Part shown: positions 1 through 9,379 of the stretch, one piece after another
Numbering within the stretch: the stretch's first letter is position 1
How the letters are laid out: every line of letters begins with the position of its first letter
Source: Deltaproteobacteria bacterium SG8_13
GTDB taxonomy: Bacteria; Desulfobacterota; Desulfobacteria; Desulfobacterales; SG8-13
NCBI GenBank assembly: GCA_001303025.1
Contig: LJNK01000001.1
Location: 41-64,040 of the forward strand
Length of the DNA: 64,000 bases
Direction: 5' to 3'
The notes under the pieces: generated by a model
Database searches by the model: none
What the model saw: only the letters and a program-made list of their open reading frames with translations
Told to the model about the DNA's origin: nothing
Made by a program: the position numbers and the translations under genes

Positions 1-1256
1 AAATCCTGGGAGCCGGCGAAAATGAGGGGGTTGTTGGTGGAAGAGTTCATTTCGGTTTCGAGCACCTGGCGGGCATGGGCGATCGCATCCCGACTGCCGC
101 CGTGCACCTGCGGTGAGCATCGCAGGGTATAGGCATCCTGGATCCGCCCGCAGTCCTTGTGAGAGGAGATGATTTCACTGTTTTCGATGAGGCGGTCCAT
201 GTTGTCGGCAGCGGCTCGCTGGCCGGGGTGAGGTCGGACCTGGTGGATGCGTGCATCGAATTCCGTGCGGCTGCCGAGGAGCACCTCCAGGCTCATGGCG
301 GCGGCCACGTCGATCATCTTCGCCAGCCGGATCGCATCGTAAAGGGCCAGCCCCCCGACGGCGGTCATGACCTGGGTGCCGTTGACCAGAGCCAGCCCTT
401 CACCGGATTGTAGCCGGATCGGCTTAAGGCCGCACTGCCGAAGGGCGGCAGCTCCCGATAACCGCTGTCCTCGAAACAGGGCTTCTCCGCGGCCGATCAG
501 CACCAGCGCCAGGTGCGCCAGCGGCGCCAGGTCACCGCTGGCTCCCACCGATCCCTGCTGGGGGACGATGGGGCACACACCGCGGTTGAGCAACGCCGCC
601 AGCTGGCGAACCGTCTTCAGGCGGATGCCCGAATGTCCCCTGGCCAGGTCCTTGATTCGCAGGGCCATCGTGGCCCGGACGACCTCCGGGTCGAACGGAG
701 GCCCCACTCCGCTGGAGTGGCTCATCAGGATGTTTTCCTGCAGCCGGCGGGTGTCCTTGGCGGATATGCTGACGTCGCTCAGCGCGCCGAAGCCGGTCGT
801 TATACCATAGATGGCCCGGTTTTCCTTCACCCAGCGGTCCACCAGCTGCCGGGAGCTGCGGATGCGTCGGACTGAATTTTCCGTCAATGTGACTTGCGCC
901 CCGTGGCGGGCCACGGCGACAAGATCCTCGAGCGCCAGCCCGTCGAATCCCAACGCCACCTTTTTTTTCAGGGGACGGATTTCCAGCATGGCGGCGACCG
1001 GTTTGCGCGGTGACACAAAAGTGCCGACCCCCTGCACGCGGATCAGGTACCCCTCGGCTGCCAGTTCGCGCAGCGCTCGATGGACCGTCATCCGCGAAAC
1101 GCCCAAGGCGGGCACCAGCTCGTTTTCGGAAGGAATCCGGTCTTCGGGCGGCCATTCGCCGGAGACGATGCGCTGCTTGATGATTTTCTTCACCTTTTTA
1201 AACAGCGGTCCGGGGAAACCGGCAAGCGGGTTGTCGGTCGGGTTTTTGGGTTTCAT
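1..1256 (-). CDS. hutH: Histidine ammonia-lyase with an in-frame N-terminal GntR/HutC-type winged-HTH extension; the 3' end runs off the window
   Basis: I translated the minus strand from the ATG at 1256. The ORF is absent from the track because it has no stop inside the window. It begins MKPKNPTDNPLAGFPGPLFKKVKKIIKQRIVSGEWPPEDRIPSENELVPALGVSRMTVHRALRELAAEGYLIRVQGVGTFV, which looks like a HutC-type wHTH. It continues without a stop into LALEDLVAVARHGAQV...YGITTGFGAL...QQGSVGASGDLAPLAHLALVLIG, which carries the MIO-forming ASG triad of HAL/PAL enzymes. I checked the frame codon by codon from 1256 down to about 480. Confidence 0.85.
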   Translation of the reverse strand, partial: MKPKNPTDNPLAGFPGPLFKKVKKIIKQRIVSGEWPPEDRIPSENELVPALGVSRMTVHRALRELAAEGYLIRVQGVGTFVSPRKPVAAMLEIRPLKKKVALGFDGLALEDLVAVARHGAQVTLTENSVRRIRSSRQLVDRWVKENRAIYGITTGFGALSDVSISAKDTRRLQENILMSHSSGVGPPFDPEVVRATMALRIKDLARGHSGIRLKTVRQLAALLNRGVCPIVPQQGSVGASGDLAPLAHLALVLIGRGEALFRGQRLSGAAALRQCGLKPIRLQSGEGLALVNGTQVMTAVGGLALYDAIRLAKMIDVAAAMSLEVLLGSRTEFDARIHQVRPHPGQRAAADNMDRLIENSEIISSHKDCGRIQDAYTLRCSPQVHGGSRDAIAHARQVLETEMNSSTNNPLIFAGSQD

Positions 1257-1305
1257 AACTGCCTGCAGTTTGCCGTTGAAGTTGACAGCGGGGCGGCGAG
1301 ACGAC

Positions 1306-1324
1306 TATACAACCATATACAACC
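1306..1324. promoter_or_regulatory. Tandem direct repeat TATACAACC-a-TATACAACC in the hutH/hutU divergent intergenic region; candidate HutC-type operator
   Basis: There are two exact 9-bp copies, at 1306-1314 and 1316-1324, one helical turn apart. They lie inside the 247-bp divergent region 1257-1503. The opposite strand reads GGTTGTATA, which contains a TGTATA element like those in GntR/HutC operators. The function is inferred only. Confidence 0.3.
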
Positions 1325-1503
1325 GATGGGAACCCGTCAACCCGAAACTCTTCATTGAACCGGCCGCTGCAATTCGATATGGTGAAACAGACCAGGGAGC
1401 TTCACAGCGAGCGGCAACGCATCGCTTGGCTTCTCATCAACTGCACGCCGTATTCAGAAACGATCCGTTTCCCATAGGGTCGATCCGCAAAAAGGAGCCA
1501 GCC

Positions 1504-3405
1504 ATGGACAACCAAACGATTGCCGGGGCCATGACGATCCGGCTCGACGCCCTGTTCGACAGCCTGCCGCCCGAGCCGCAGTTTGAGCAGGGCATTCGTC
1601 GGGCCCCCAAAAGAGGCTTTGCACTCAATCGCGCGGAAACCGCACTCGCTTTGAGAAATGCGCTGCGGTATATCCCGGAAAAGTGGCAGCCGCAACTGGC
1701 GCCGGAATTTCTGACCGAACTGATGACCCGGGGCCGGGTGTACGGGTATCGTTTCCGGCCGCAGGGGCGTTTGCGGGGGCTATCGGTTGATACCTACCGG
1801 GGTGCGTGCATCGAAGGGCGCGCATTTCAGGTGATGATTGACAACAACCTCGATTTTGACATCGCGCTGTATCCTTACGAACTGGTGACTTACGGGGAAA
1901 CCGGGCAGGTCTGCCAGAACTGGATGCAGTACAACTTGATCAAGCGCTACCTGGAAATCTTGACCCGCGAGCAGACGCTGGTGGTGGCATCCGGTCACCC
2001 GTTGGGGCTGTTTGCGTCTTCTGCTCAGGCACCGCGGGTGATCATCACCAACGCCATGATGGTCGGCGCCTTCGACGATCAGCAGAACTGGCAGCGGGCG
2101 GCAGCGCTGGGCGTGGCAAACTACGGGCAGATGACCGCCGGCGGCTGGATGTATATCGGACCCCAGGGGATCGTTCACGGAACCTACAGCACCATTCTAA
2201 ATGCCGGGCGGCTCAAGCTGAACCTGCCGGTGGACGGAAATCTGGCCGGCCGGCTGTTCGTATCTTCCGGTCTGGGAGGGATGAGCGGTGCCCAGGGCAA
2301 GGCCGTCGAAATTGCCGGTGGTGTCGGCATCATCGCCGAGGTCGATCGCTCCCGGATCGACACCCGCCTGAACCAGGGATGGGTGCGGGAGGTCTGCGAC
2401 AGCCCTCGGGAGGCGTTTGCGCTGGCCGCCCGATTTCAGAAAGAGAAAAAGCCGGCCGCCATCGCCTTTTGCGGCAACATCGTCGACTTGCTGGAAACAG
2501 CGGCCGCAGAGCGGCACCGCATCGATCTGCTGTCGGATCAGACTTCCTGCCACGCAGTTTACGACGGCGGCTATTGTCCCCAGGGGCTGACCTTTGAGCA
2601 GCGCACCGAAATGTTGAAGACCGACCCGGACGGCTTCCGGGCAGCGGTGGACCGTTCTCTCAAGCGCCACTTCGAGCTGGTTCACCAGCTGGTGCAGCAG
2701 GGTGTTTATTTTTTCGACTACGGCAACAGTTTCATGAAAGCCGTCTGCGATGCCGGTGTCTCCGCTATCTGTAAAAACGGCAAAGACCCCATGGACGGCT
2801 TTATCTTTCCGTCTTATGTTGAAGACATTATGGGCCCGCTGCTTTTCGATTACGGGTACGGGCCATTTCGATGGGTCTGCCTGAGCGGCAAGCAGGAAGA
2901 TCTTCGGAAAACCGATCAGGCGGCCATGGACTGTATCGATCCGCAGGGTCGATTTCAGGACCGGGACAATTATGTGTGGATCCGGGATGCCGAACACCAC
3001 CGACTGGTGGTCGGCACACAGGCCCGCATCCTCTATCAGGATGCGATGGGCCGCATGAAGATCGCCTTGAAGTTTAACGGAATGGTGCGCAGCGGCGATA
3101 TCGGCCCGGTCATGCTGGGCAGGGATCACCACGATACCGGCGGGACGGATTCTCCGTTTCGGGAAACAGCGAACATCTATGACGGCAGCAACATCATGGC
3201 CGACATGGCCGTTCACTGTTTTGCGGGAAATGCGGCCCGGGGGATGAGCCTGGTCGCCCTGCACAACGGCGGCGGGGTGGGCATCGGCAACGCCGTCAAC
3301 GGTGGATTCGGCCTGGTGCTCGACGGCAGCGACCGGGCGGATCGGGTCGTTCGGCAGGCGATCCCCTGGGATGTGATGGTCGGGCGCCGGATACAACCTC
3401 GCTAG
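1504..3405 (+). CDS. hutU: Urocanate hydratase (long form, 633 aa)
   Basis: The true start is the internal ATG of track ORF 811..3405 (MDNQTIAGAMTIRLD...). Diagnostic stretches are YGETGQVCQNWMQY, GQMTAGGWMYIGPQGIVHGTY, GLGGMSGAQGKA and RDHHDTGGTDSPFRET. The upstream 231 aa of the track ORF are antisense to hutH and the intergenic DNA. Confidence 0.95.
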   Translation: MDNQTIAGAMTIRLDALFDSLPPEPQFEQGIRRAPKRGFALNRAETALALRNALRYIPEKWQPQLAPEFLTELMTRGRVYGYRFRPQGRLRGLSVDTYRGACIEGRAFQVMIDNNLDFDIALYPYELVTYGETGQVCQNWMQYNLIKRYLEILTREQTLVVASGHPLGLFASSAQAPRVIITNAMMVGAFDDQQNWQRAAALGVANYGQMTAGGWMYIGPQGIVHGTYSTILNAGRLKLNLPVDGNLAGRLFVSSGLGGMSGAQGKAVEIAGGVGIIAEVDRSRIDTRLNQGWVREVCDSPREAFALAARFQKEKKPAAIAFCGNIVDLLETAAAERHRIDLLSDQTSCHAVYDGGYCPQGLTFEQRTEMLKTDPDGFRAAVDRSLKRHFELVHQLVQQGVYFFDYGNSFMKAVCDAGVSAICKNGKDPMDGFIFPSYVEDIMGPLLFDYGYGPFRWVCLSGKQEDLRKTDQAAMDCIDPQGRFQDRDNYVWIRDAEHHRLVVGTQARILYQDAMGRMKIALKFNGMVRSGDIGPVMLGRDHHDTGGTDSPFRETANIYDGSNIMADMAVHCFAGNAARGMSLVALHNGGGVGIGNAVNGGFGLVLDGSDRADRVVRQAIPWDVMVGRRIQPR

Positions 3406-3511
3406 AAAAGAGACGGACCACATCACGCTGCCGTATACGGCTGACGACGAACTGGTCAGAGCGTGTGTCGACCAGGCCTTTTCTTCGAAGTAAAAGGAGA
3501 GCTTGCTGGCA

Positions 3512-4408
3512 ATGAATAAAATCATCGAATGCGTGCCCAATTTCAGTGAAGGGCGCGATGCGGAAACCGTTGATAAGATCATCGACGCCTTCCGGGGGCA
3601 GCAGCAGGTCAAACTGCTCGACTACCAGCTGGATAAGGATCATAACCGATCGGTGGTCACGGTGGTCGGGCAACCCGATGCGCTGAAAAAAGCCGTCATC
3701 GGCGCGGTCGCTGAGGCTGTCGAACGAATCGACATGCGCAAACACCAGGGACAGCATCCGCGCATGGGCGCTGTGGATGTCGTCCCGTTCATTCCGGTGA
3801 AAAATATCACCATGGATGAAGTGGTGACGTTTTCCCGGCAGGTGGCGGAAGAGATCGGCCAAACCTTTCAATTGCCCGTGTTTCTCTACGAAGCCTCGGC
3901 TGCGCGGCCCCAGCGGCAGAACCTGGCAGCCATCCGCAAAGGGCAGTTCGAAGGGATGGAAGCAAAGCTGAAAGATCCTGTCTGGAAGCCGGATTTCGGC
4001 CCGGCTCAGGTTCACCCGACAGCGGGGGTAACGGCCGTTGGCGCGCGCATGCCGCTGGTGGCCTACAATGTAAACCTGGACACCGACAAGCTGGAGATTG
4101 CCGATGCCATTGCCAAAAAGGTCCGCCACATCAGTGGAGGGCTCCGGTACTGCAAAGCGCTTGGCATTGAGATGCAAGACCGCGGGCTGGTGCAGGTTTC
4201 CATCAACATGACCGACTACACCAGAACTGCCCTGTACCGGGTTTTCGAGCTGATCCGGATCGAAGCCCGGCGCTACGGGGTAAATATCGTCGGCAGCGAA
4301 ATTGTCGGCCTGGTGCCGATGGGCGCCCTGATCGACTCCGCGGCCTTTTACCTGGGGCTGGAGGGCTTTTCCATGGACCAGGTGCTGGAGTACCGGATAT
4401 ACGAATAG
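3512..4408 (+). CDS. Glutamate formimidoyltransferase (FtcD N-terminal-type, stand-alone)
   Basis: The product begins MNKIIECVPNFSEGRDAETVDKII and contains HPRMGAVDVVPF, both typical of formiminotransferase. I preferred the ATG at 3512 (GGAG at 3496-3499) over the TTG at 3503 used by the track. Confidence 0.9.
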   Translation: MNKIIECVPNFSEGRDAETVDKIIDAFRGQQQVKLLDYQLDKDHNRSVVTVVGQPDALKKAVIGAVAEAVERIDMRKHQGQHPRMGAVDVVPFIPVKNITMDEVVTFSRQVAEEIGQTFQLPVFLYEASAARPQRQNLAAIRKGQFEGMEAKLKDPVWKPDFGPAQVHPTAGVTAVGARMPLVAYNVNLDTDKLEIADAIAKKVRHISGGLRYCKALGIEMQDRGLVQVSINMTDYTRTALYRVFELIRIEARRYGVNIVGSEIVGLVPMGALIDSAAFYLGLEGFSMDQVLEYRIYE

Positions 4409-4473
4409 CACCAGCGCAGCCGGCTTCCACTCATCGGCGTTCTACCGCAAAGCTCAATAATCGGGGGGGCACC

Positions 4474-5748
4474 GTGCCCAACGGAAACATCATCATCAAA
4501 AATGCATCCGAATTGGTGACCTGCAGCGGTTTCAGGGCCAAATGCGGCGCGGAGATGTCCGACCTGCGCGTCATCGACAGCGGCGCGGTTGTCATCCGCA
4601 ACGGGGTGATCCAGGCGGTGGGACCCAGCGGACAGGCGCTGGCGGGCGTGGACGAATCCGACTTCAGCGTAATCGATGCTTCCGGCAAGGCCGTGCTGCC
4701 GGGCTTTGTCGATTCGCACACCCACCTGGTGTTCGGCGGTTACCGCGCCGAAGAATTCGGCTGGCGGCTGCGGGGCGACAGTTACATGGAGATCATGCAG
4801 CGCGGCGGCGGAATCGTCAATACGGTCGACGCCACCCGCAAGGCATCCCGGCAGCAGCTGGTGGACTCCGGCATGCGCCGCCTCGACAGCATGCTCTCCT
4901 TCGGTGTAACCACCGTTGAAGGCAAGAGCGGCTACGGGCTGGACCGGGATACGGAGATCAAGCAGCTCGAAGCAATGCGCGAGTTAAACCGGCTTCACCC
5001 GGTAGAGGTGGTGCCCACCTTTTTGGGCGCCCACGCCGTACCGGGCGATTACAAGGGGCGCGAAGATGCGTTCATCGACCTGCTGATCACCGATGTCATG
5101 CCGCTGGCTGCCGCCGGAGGGTTGTCAGAGTTTTGCGATGTCTTTTGCGAAAGGGGGGTGTTCTCCATCGAGCAGTCCCGCCGGCTGTTGTTGAAAGCCC
5201 GCGAGATGGGACTGAAGCTGAAGCTGCACGCCGACGAGATCGTGCGGCTCGGAGGAGCCGAGCTGGCAGCCGAACTCGGTGCGGTGTCGGCCGATCACCT
5301 GCTGCAAGCCTCCGACGAGGGAATCGACCGGCTGGCTGCAGCCGGTGTTATCGCCACATTGTTGCCGGGTACGGCCTTCAGTCTCCGCGAGCCATACGCC
5401 AGGGCACGCACCATGATCGATAGAGGCTGTGCGGTTGCGCTGGCCACCGACTTCAACCCCGGCAGCTGTTTCACCGAATCGATTCCGCTGATCCTGGCGC
5501 TGGCCACGCTGCACATGAACATTACCACCGAGGAAGCAATCACGGCCATGACGATCAACGGGGCGGCCGCCCTTAACCGGGCGGAAACCATCGGCAGCCT
5601 AGATGTCGGCAAGCAGGGCGATCTGATCGTTCTGGAATTCCCATCCTACCATTTCATCCCTTATCACATCGGTGTCAGCACAGTGGAAAAGGTCATCAAG
5701 GGCGGCCGGGTGGTATTTGAAAAAACGGCTGCAAAGGAGGCAATCTAA
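4474..5748 (+). CDS. hutI: Imidazolonepropionase
   Basis: GTG start. The product carries amidohydrolase motifs (PGFVDSHTHLVFGG, KLHADE, ATDFNPGS), and its length and context fit HutI. Confidence 0.95.
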   Translation: MPNGNIIIKNASELVTCSGFRAKCGAEMSDLRVIDSGAVVIRNGVIQAVGPSGQALAGVDESDFSVIDASGKAVLPGFVDSHTHLVFGGYRAEEFGWRLRGDSYMEIMQRGGGIVNTVDATRKASRQQLVDSGMRRLDSMLSFGVTTVEGKSGYGLDRDTEIKQLEAMRELNRLHPVEVVPTFLGAHAVPGDYKGREDAFIDLLITDVMPLAAAGGLSEFCDVFCERGVFSIEQSRRLLLKAREMGLKLKLHADEIVRLGGAELAAELGAVSADHLLQASDEGIDRLAAAGVIATLLPGTAFSLREPYARARTMIDRGCAVALATDFNPGSCFTESIPLILALATLHMNITTEEAITAMTINGAAALNRAETIGSLDVGKQGDLIVLEFPSYHFIPYHIGVSTVEKVIKGGRVVFEKTAAKEAI

Positions 5749-6366
5749 ATGCTGGCAGATCTGGGAATCAAAGAGTTTGTCGATCAAACCGCTTCATCGA
5801 AGCCGGTGCCCGGCGGCGGCAGTGCAGCCGCCCTGAGCGGAGCGCTGGCAGCCGGATTGACGGAAATGGTGGCCGGCCTGACAATCGGGCGCAAGGGATT
5901 CGAAGCTGTCGAATCCGATATGCAGCGCATCGCAGAAGAAGCCGGCGAGCTTCGCAAAAAGTGTCTGCAGAATATCGATCGCGACTCGGATGCCTATACC
6001 GGCGTCATCGATGCGTTTCGGCTGCCCAAAAGCAGCCCAGAAGAGAAAAATACGCGTAAACTAGCCATCCAGACAGCCTTGCAGCATGCCAGCCGGGTTC
6101 CACTGGAAACCGCTGAACTGGCCGCACGGGTCATCGAGCTGGCCGGGCAGGTGGTCGCCAAGGGAAATCCAAACGCCGTCACCGACGGAGCGGTGGCCGG
6201 CATGCTGGCCCGAACGGCCGTACTGGCCGGTGCCATGAATGTCCGGATCAACCTGGCCACTATCGAGGACCGCGATTTCACCGCCAGACTGGCCGGACAG
6301 GTGGATGAGCTGGAGGCGAGAGCCAAGAAGGTGGAGCAGGAACTGTTGGCCGGCTTGAAGTTGTAA
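5749..6366 (+). CDS. Formimidoyltetrahydrofolate cyclodeaminase (FtcD C-terminal-type, stand-alone)
   Basis: The ATG directly abuts the hutI stop. The motif KPVPGGGSAAALSGALAAGL is typical of the cyclodeaminase family, the predicted protein is about 205 aa and appears mostly alpha-helical. Confidence 0.85.
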   Translation: MLADLGIKEFVDQTASSKPVPGGGSAAALSGALAAGLTEMVAGLTIGRKGFEAVESDMQRIAEEAGELRKKCLQNIDRDSDAYTGVIDAFRLPKSSPEEKNTRKLAIQTALQHASRVPLETAELAARVIELAGQVVAKGNPNAVTDGAVAGMLARTAVLAGAMNVRINLATIEDRDFTARLAGQVDELEARAKKVEQELLAGLKL

Positions 6367-6514
6367 ATGGCGAAAATCCCTCAATTGCAGGCCTGCAGGC
6401 AGGCAGAGCATCCGAGAACACCAAGTCATGGGACAACCACAGGAGAACCGCTGTAAAAATAAACGGCTCGGCTTTGAAGGGTTCACGATCACGACATAAC
6501 GGTGTGATGCGAGA

Positions 6515-7732
6515 ATGATGATCCCGTCATTGTACTACCTGGATCGTTACAGAAATGAAGGCACCAGAACCTACAGTGTTCACGCCGATTTTACGGAGGC
6601 GCAGCAACCCTACCGGCCCGATTCGAAACACTCCCGATTTGCGCTGCCGTCCTTCGAGGTTCCCCGCGATCAAATGCTGGTCTATACAGCCCACCCATCC
6701 GTTGAACTGCAACAGACCTATCTGAGAGCCGAAACGGTTCTGTTTTGCATCCACCCGCAGGTGCTTGAACACTATCCCGACGATCCATACATTAAGCGAA
6801 CACTGTCCATCGGAACCCCGTGCGGCGGTATCGCCGTGGCGCCGAGCTCCTCGACGAGGACGCTTTACGTCGACGACGACAACCCCCCGCATGCCGTCAA
6901 GGTGCATTTCCCGTTCCGGATTTCGCGCTACCACCGCCGCATGCGCCAGGAAGTTGTCGAGCAGGCGGTCGTCGTCTCCAGGGAGCTCGAAAGGGCGGTG
7001 GGGTGTTTAGACGATCGGTTTGCCTTTTGCAGGGAGGTCATCGGTTTGGTGCACAAAGACCTGCAGCCGGAAACTCCCCGCGGCGAGAATTGGGGGTATC
7101 TGGTCCGGGACATGCAGCCGTTTCCGGTCGCCGCCGCCGAGCGAAATCTCGTTCCCGGGTTTTCGCTGTACGGCACGGATTTTTTTGAACCCGCAACCAC
7201 CCCGCTGCTGTTTGAGCTGATGGGAAACAAGGACCCCCGGGAATTTGTCCTCAACGAGATCATGATCCCCATTATCCGACACTGGGTCGGCTGTTTCCAA
7301 CATTTCGGCTACCTGCTCGAACCCCACGGTCAGAATGTGCTGCTGGAGGTAAATAAAGATCTGGATATTACCCGGATCGTCCATCGGGATTTGAGCATTG
7401 GTATCGATATGAGGCGTCGGCGTGAACGGAACCTTCCGGATGGAAACCTGAATGCCTACAATCGGATGGAAACCGACGAATTTCACAGCATCGTCTATGA
7501 CATGTTCATGGGGGGCCACTTTTTTGACCGCCTGGTGGCGCTTTGCCTGGAAAAGTATCCGAACCTCCAAAAGGAGGACTTCTGCAGACCCTGTCGCGAT
7601 GAGTTCGCACGGATTTTGCCCGACCACGAAAAGTATTTCCCCAAGACCATTCAGTACTTCAGCGAAAAGCGGGATCGTTTCGGGAAGCCACTTTTTGAAG
7701 ATACGGGAAAGGCGCCGCAGTGGCGGCCATAA
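6515..7732 (+). CDS. Divergent, short IucA/IucC-like (NIS-synthetase-like) protein; function unknown
   Basis: Three stretches echo conserved IucA/IucC blocks. CIHPQV resembles HPWQ, SSSTRTL...AVKVHFPFRISRYHRRM resembles the R-T-L / K-l-s-l-x-x-R block, and YLLEPHGQNVLLE resembles EaHGQN. At 405 aa it is much shorter than the usual roughly 600 aa. The coding call is strong but the family call is tentative. Confidence 0.45.
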   Translation: MMIPSLYYLDRYRNEGTRTYSVHADFTEAQQPYRPDSKHSRFALPSFEVPRDQMLVYTAHPSVELQQTYLRAETVLFCIHPQVLEHYPDDPYIKRTLSIGTPCGGIAVAPSSSTRTLYVDDDNPPHAVKVHFPFRISRYHRRMRQEVVEQAVVVSRELERAVGCLDDRFAFCREVIGLVHKDLQPETPRGENWGYLVRDMQPFPVAAAERNLVPGFSLYGTDFFEPATTPLLFELMGNKDPREFVLNEIMIPIIRHWVGCFQHFGYLLEPHGQNVLLEVNKDLDITRIVHRDLSIGIDMRRRRERNLPDGNLNAYNRMETDEFHSIVYDMFMGGHFFDRLVALCLEKYPNLQKEDFCRPCRDEFARILPDHEKYFPKTIQYFSEKRDRFGKPLFEDTGKAPQWRP

Positions 7733-7741
7733 GAAATCAAC

Positions 7742-8569
7742 TCATCCCAGGGCAACATCTAGAGTCATCATTACAGCAAAGCCTAACATCGCGCCAACGG
7801 TAGCGACGTCAGAATGTTTTTCAAGTTGGGATTCCGGAATTAGCTCTTCAACCACCACATAAATCATGGCCCCCGCTGCAAATGCAAGCGCATAAGGAAG
7901 AATCGGTCGCATATAGATAACGGCGACCGCGCCGAGAACCCCCGCTACCGGTTCAACAGCTCCGGATAACTGACCGTACCAAAAGCTTTTTCTTCTCGAA
8001 AGTCCTTCGCGGCGAAGCGGCACCGATACGGCGGTTCCTTCAGGAAAATTCTGTATGCCAATCCCCAAAGCCAGCGCGACTGCACCGCCCAGGGTAGCTG
8101 CCGGCAAATCGGCTGCTAAGGCGCCAAACGCCACTCCTACTGCCAGGCCTTCCGGTATATTATGAATGGTAATTGCCAATACCAACAGCACGCTCCTGCG
8201 CCAGCTCGTGCTGACTCCCTCAGCCTCTCCTTTTGGAAATCCCGGGTGTACGTGAGGCAGCAGCTTATCAACAAACAACAGAAAGGCGCCACCCAAAAGA
8301 AATCCCGACGTTGCGACCAGCCATGCGGGCAAACTGGATTCTTCAGCCATTTCAATTGCCGGGGCCAGCAAGGACCAGTAAGATGCCGCGATCATAACCC
8401 CGGCTGCAAAACCGAGCATAGAATCCAATATCTTTCGGTTAATTTGTTTAAAAAAGAACACCAAGCCTGCACCTGCGGCAGTCATCAACCAAGTAAACAA
8501 AGTCGCAATGATCGCCTGGTAAATTGGACTCAATCCAACAAAGAATTCAATCAACATATCGATCTCCAC
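7742..8569 (-). CDS. zupT: ZIP-family divalent metal (zinc) transporter, ZupT/GufA-like
   Basis: The predicted product is multi-pass membrane and carries [13 protein letters not shown] and [12 protein letters not shown], the ZIP signature helices. It lies within the lower-GC block. Confidence 0.9.
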   Translation of the reverse strand: MEIDMLIEFFVGLSPIYQAIIATLFTWLMTAAGAGLVFFFKQINRKILDSMLGFAAGVMIAASYWSLLAPAIEMAEESSLPAWLVATSGFLLGGAFLLFVDKLLPHVHPGFPKGEAEGVSTSWRRSVLLVLAITIHNIPEGLAVGVAFGALAADLPAATLGGAVALALGIGIQNFPEGTAVSVPLRREGLSRRKSFWYGQLSGAVEPVAGVLGAVAVIYMRPILPYALAFAAGAMIYVVVEELIPESQLEKHSDVATVGAMLGFAVMMTLDVALG

Positions 8570-8729
8570 TTTTCGAACATTTTCTACGGTAATCCTGAGC
8601 TCTCAATAGTTATTTTGAATCAGATTCGCAAGGGGTTGTTATCGAAATCACCATCATTTCGCGTATCCCTCCGACTGTCTCAAGCCCACCGTTTTTCCGG
8701 CATGTTACGCCATGGCAGATGGGGTTTTG

Positions 8730-9365
8730 TCAGTACAGAAATGGAATATATCTTTTGGTGACTTGGCAATATCGGGTGTAATCCTGCCCGTGAGATTCTA
8801 TAAGAAATTCTTCCTCCAGCCGGACTTGGAATTCAATTGATATGAAAAAAACCGTTATCCATAAACTGAATGACATGGTGGGGAAAATCATAAATGACCC
8901 GATGCATATTAACAGAAGGCCGCTGTAAGTGGGGTTCCGTATGTATGCATAAACACCGGTTGTTATCAGCGCTGTCTTGTTTTGCCGGTCAATGCCGACT
9001 CGCCACGAGTTGCCCATTTCCTGTTGAGCCCTCCAGCTTAAGAACAGTCCCAAAATACCAAGAACGAAACCAATGACGTTAACAGCATCATTGTCCAAAA
9101 AGTCCAATTGATGCAGGGCGAAATGATTTTCGACACCGGCGCTGTGAAATCCGATCAGCAAGGCAATCGTGATAGACATCACGCGTAACAAATTGGCAAA
9201 AAACTTTTGCGTTGGACGGTTATCGTCGTAGATGACCTCTGGATTATCCCCACTGTGTCTGACCATTATCCGTTTTTTGATCCGCCACAGGGCGAGATAA
9301 CCAAGGAACAATGATAAAACCATGACGCCTTCCATTTGTTCAAATCCCAAATCCGGTTCTTTCAA
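8730..9365 (-). CDS. Isoprenylcysteine carboxyl / phospholipid methyltransferase-family membrane protein
   Basis: Polytopic membrane protein. TTGVYAYIRNPTYSGLLL and the downstream EE-rich segment match the ICMT/PEMT family. It starts 14 nt downstream of the P-type ATPase stop on the same strand. The exact start (M1, M11 or M15) is uncertain. Confidence 0.7.
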   Translation of the reverse strand: MKEPDLGFEQMEGVMVLSLFLGYLALWRIKKRIMVRHSGDNPEVIYDDNRPTQKFFANLLRVMSITIALLIGFHSAGVENHFALHQLDFLDNDAVNVIGFVLGILGLFLSWRAQQEMGNSWRVGIDRQNKTALITTGVYAYIRNPTYSGLLLICIGSFMIFPTMSFSLWITVFFISIEFQVRLEEEFLIESHGQDYTRYCQVTKRYIPFLY

Positions 9366-9379
9366 AAAATGAGAAAAGG

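Noticed and set aside
811-3405. Track ORF of 864 aa that appears to be one giant protein
   Set aside because: Only the part from the ATG at 1504 is urocanate hydratase. The first 231 codons run antisense to hutH and through the divergent intergenic region, with no family resemblance. This kind of open frame is typical of high-GC DNA.
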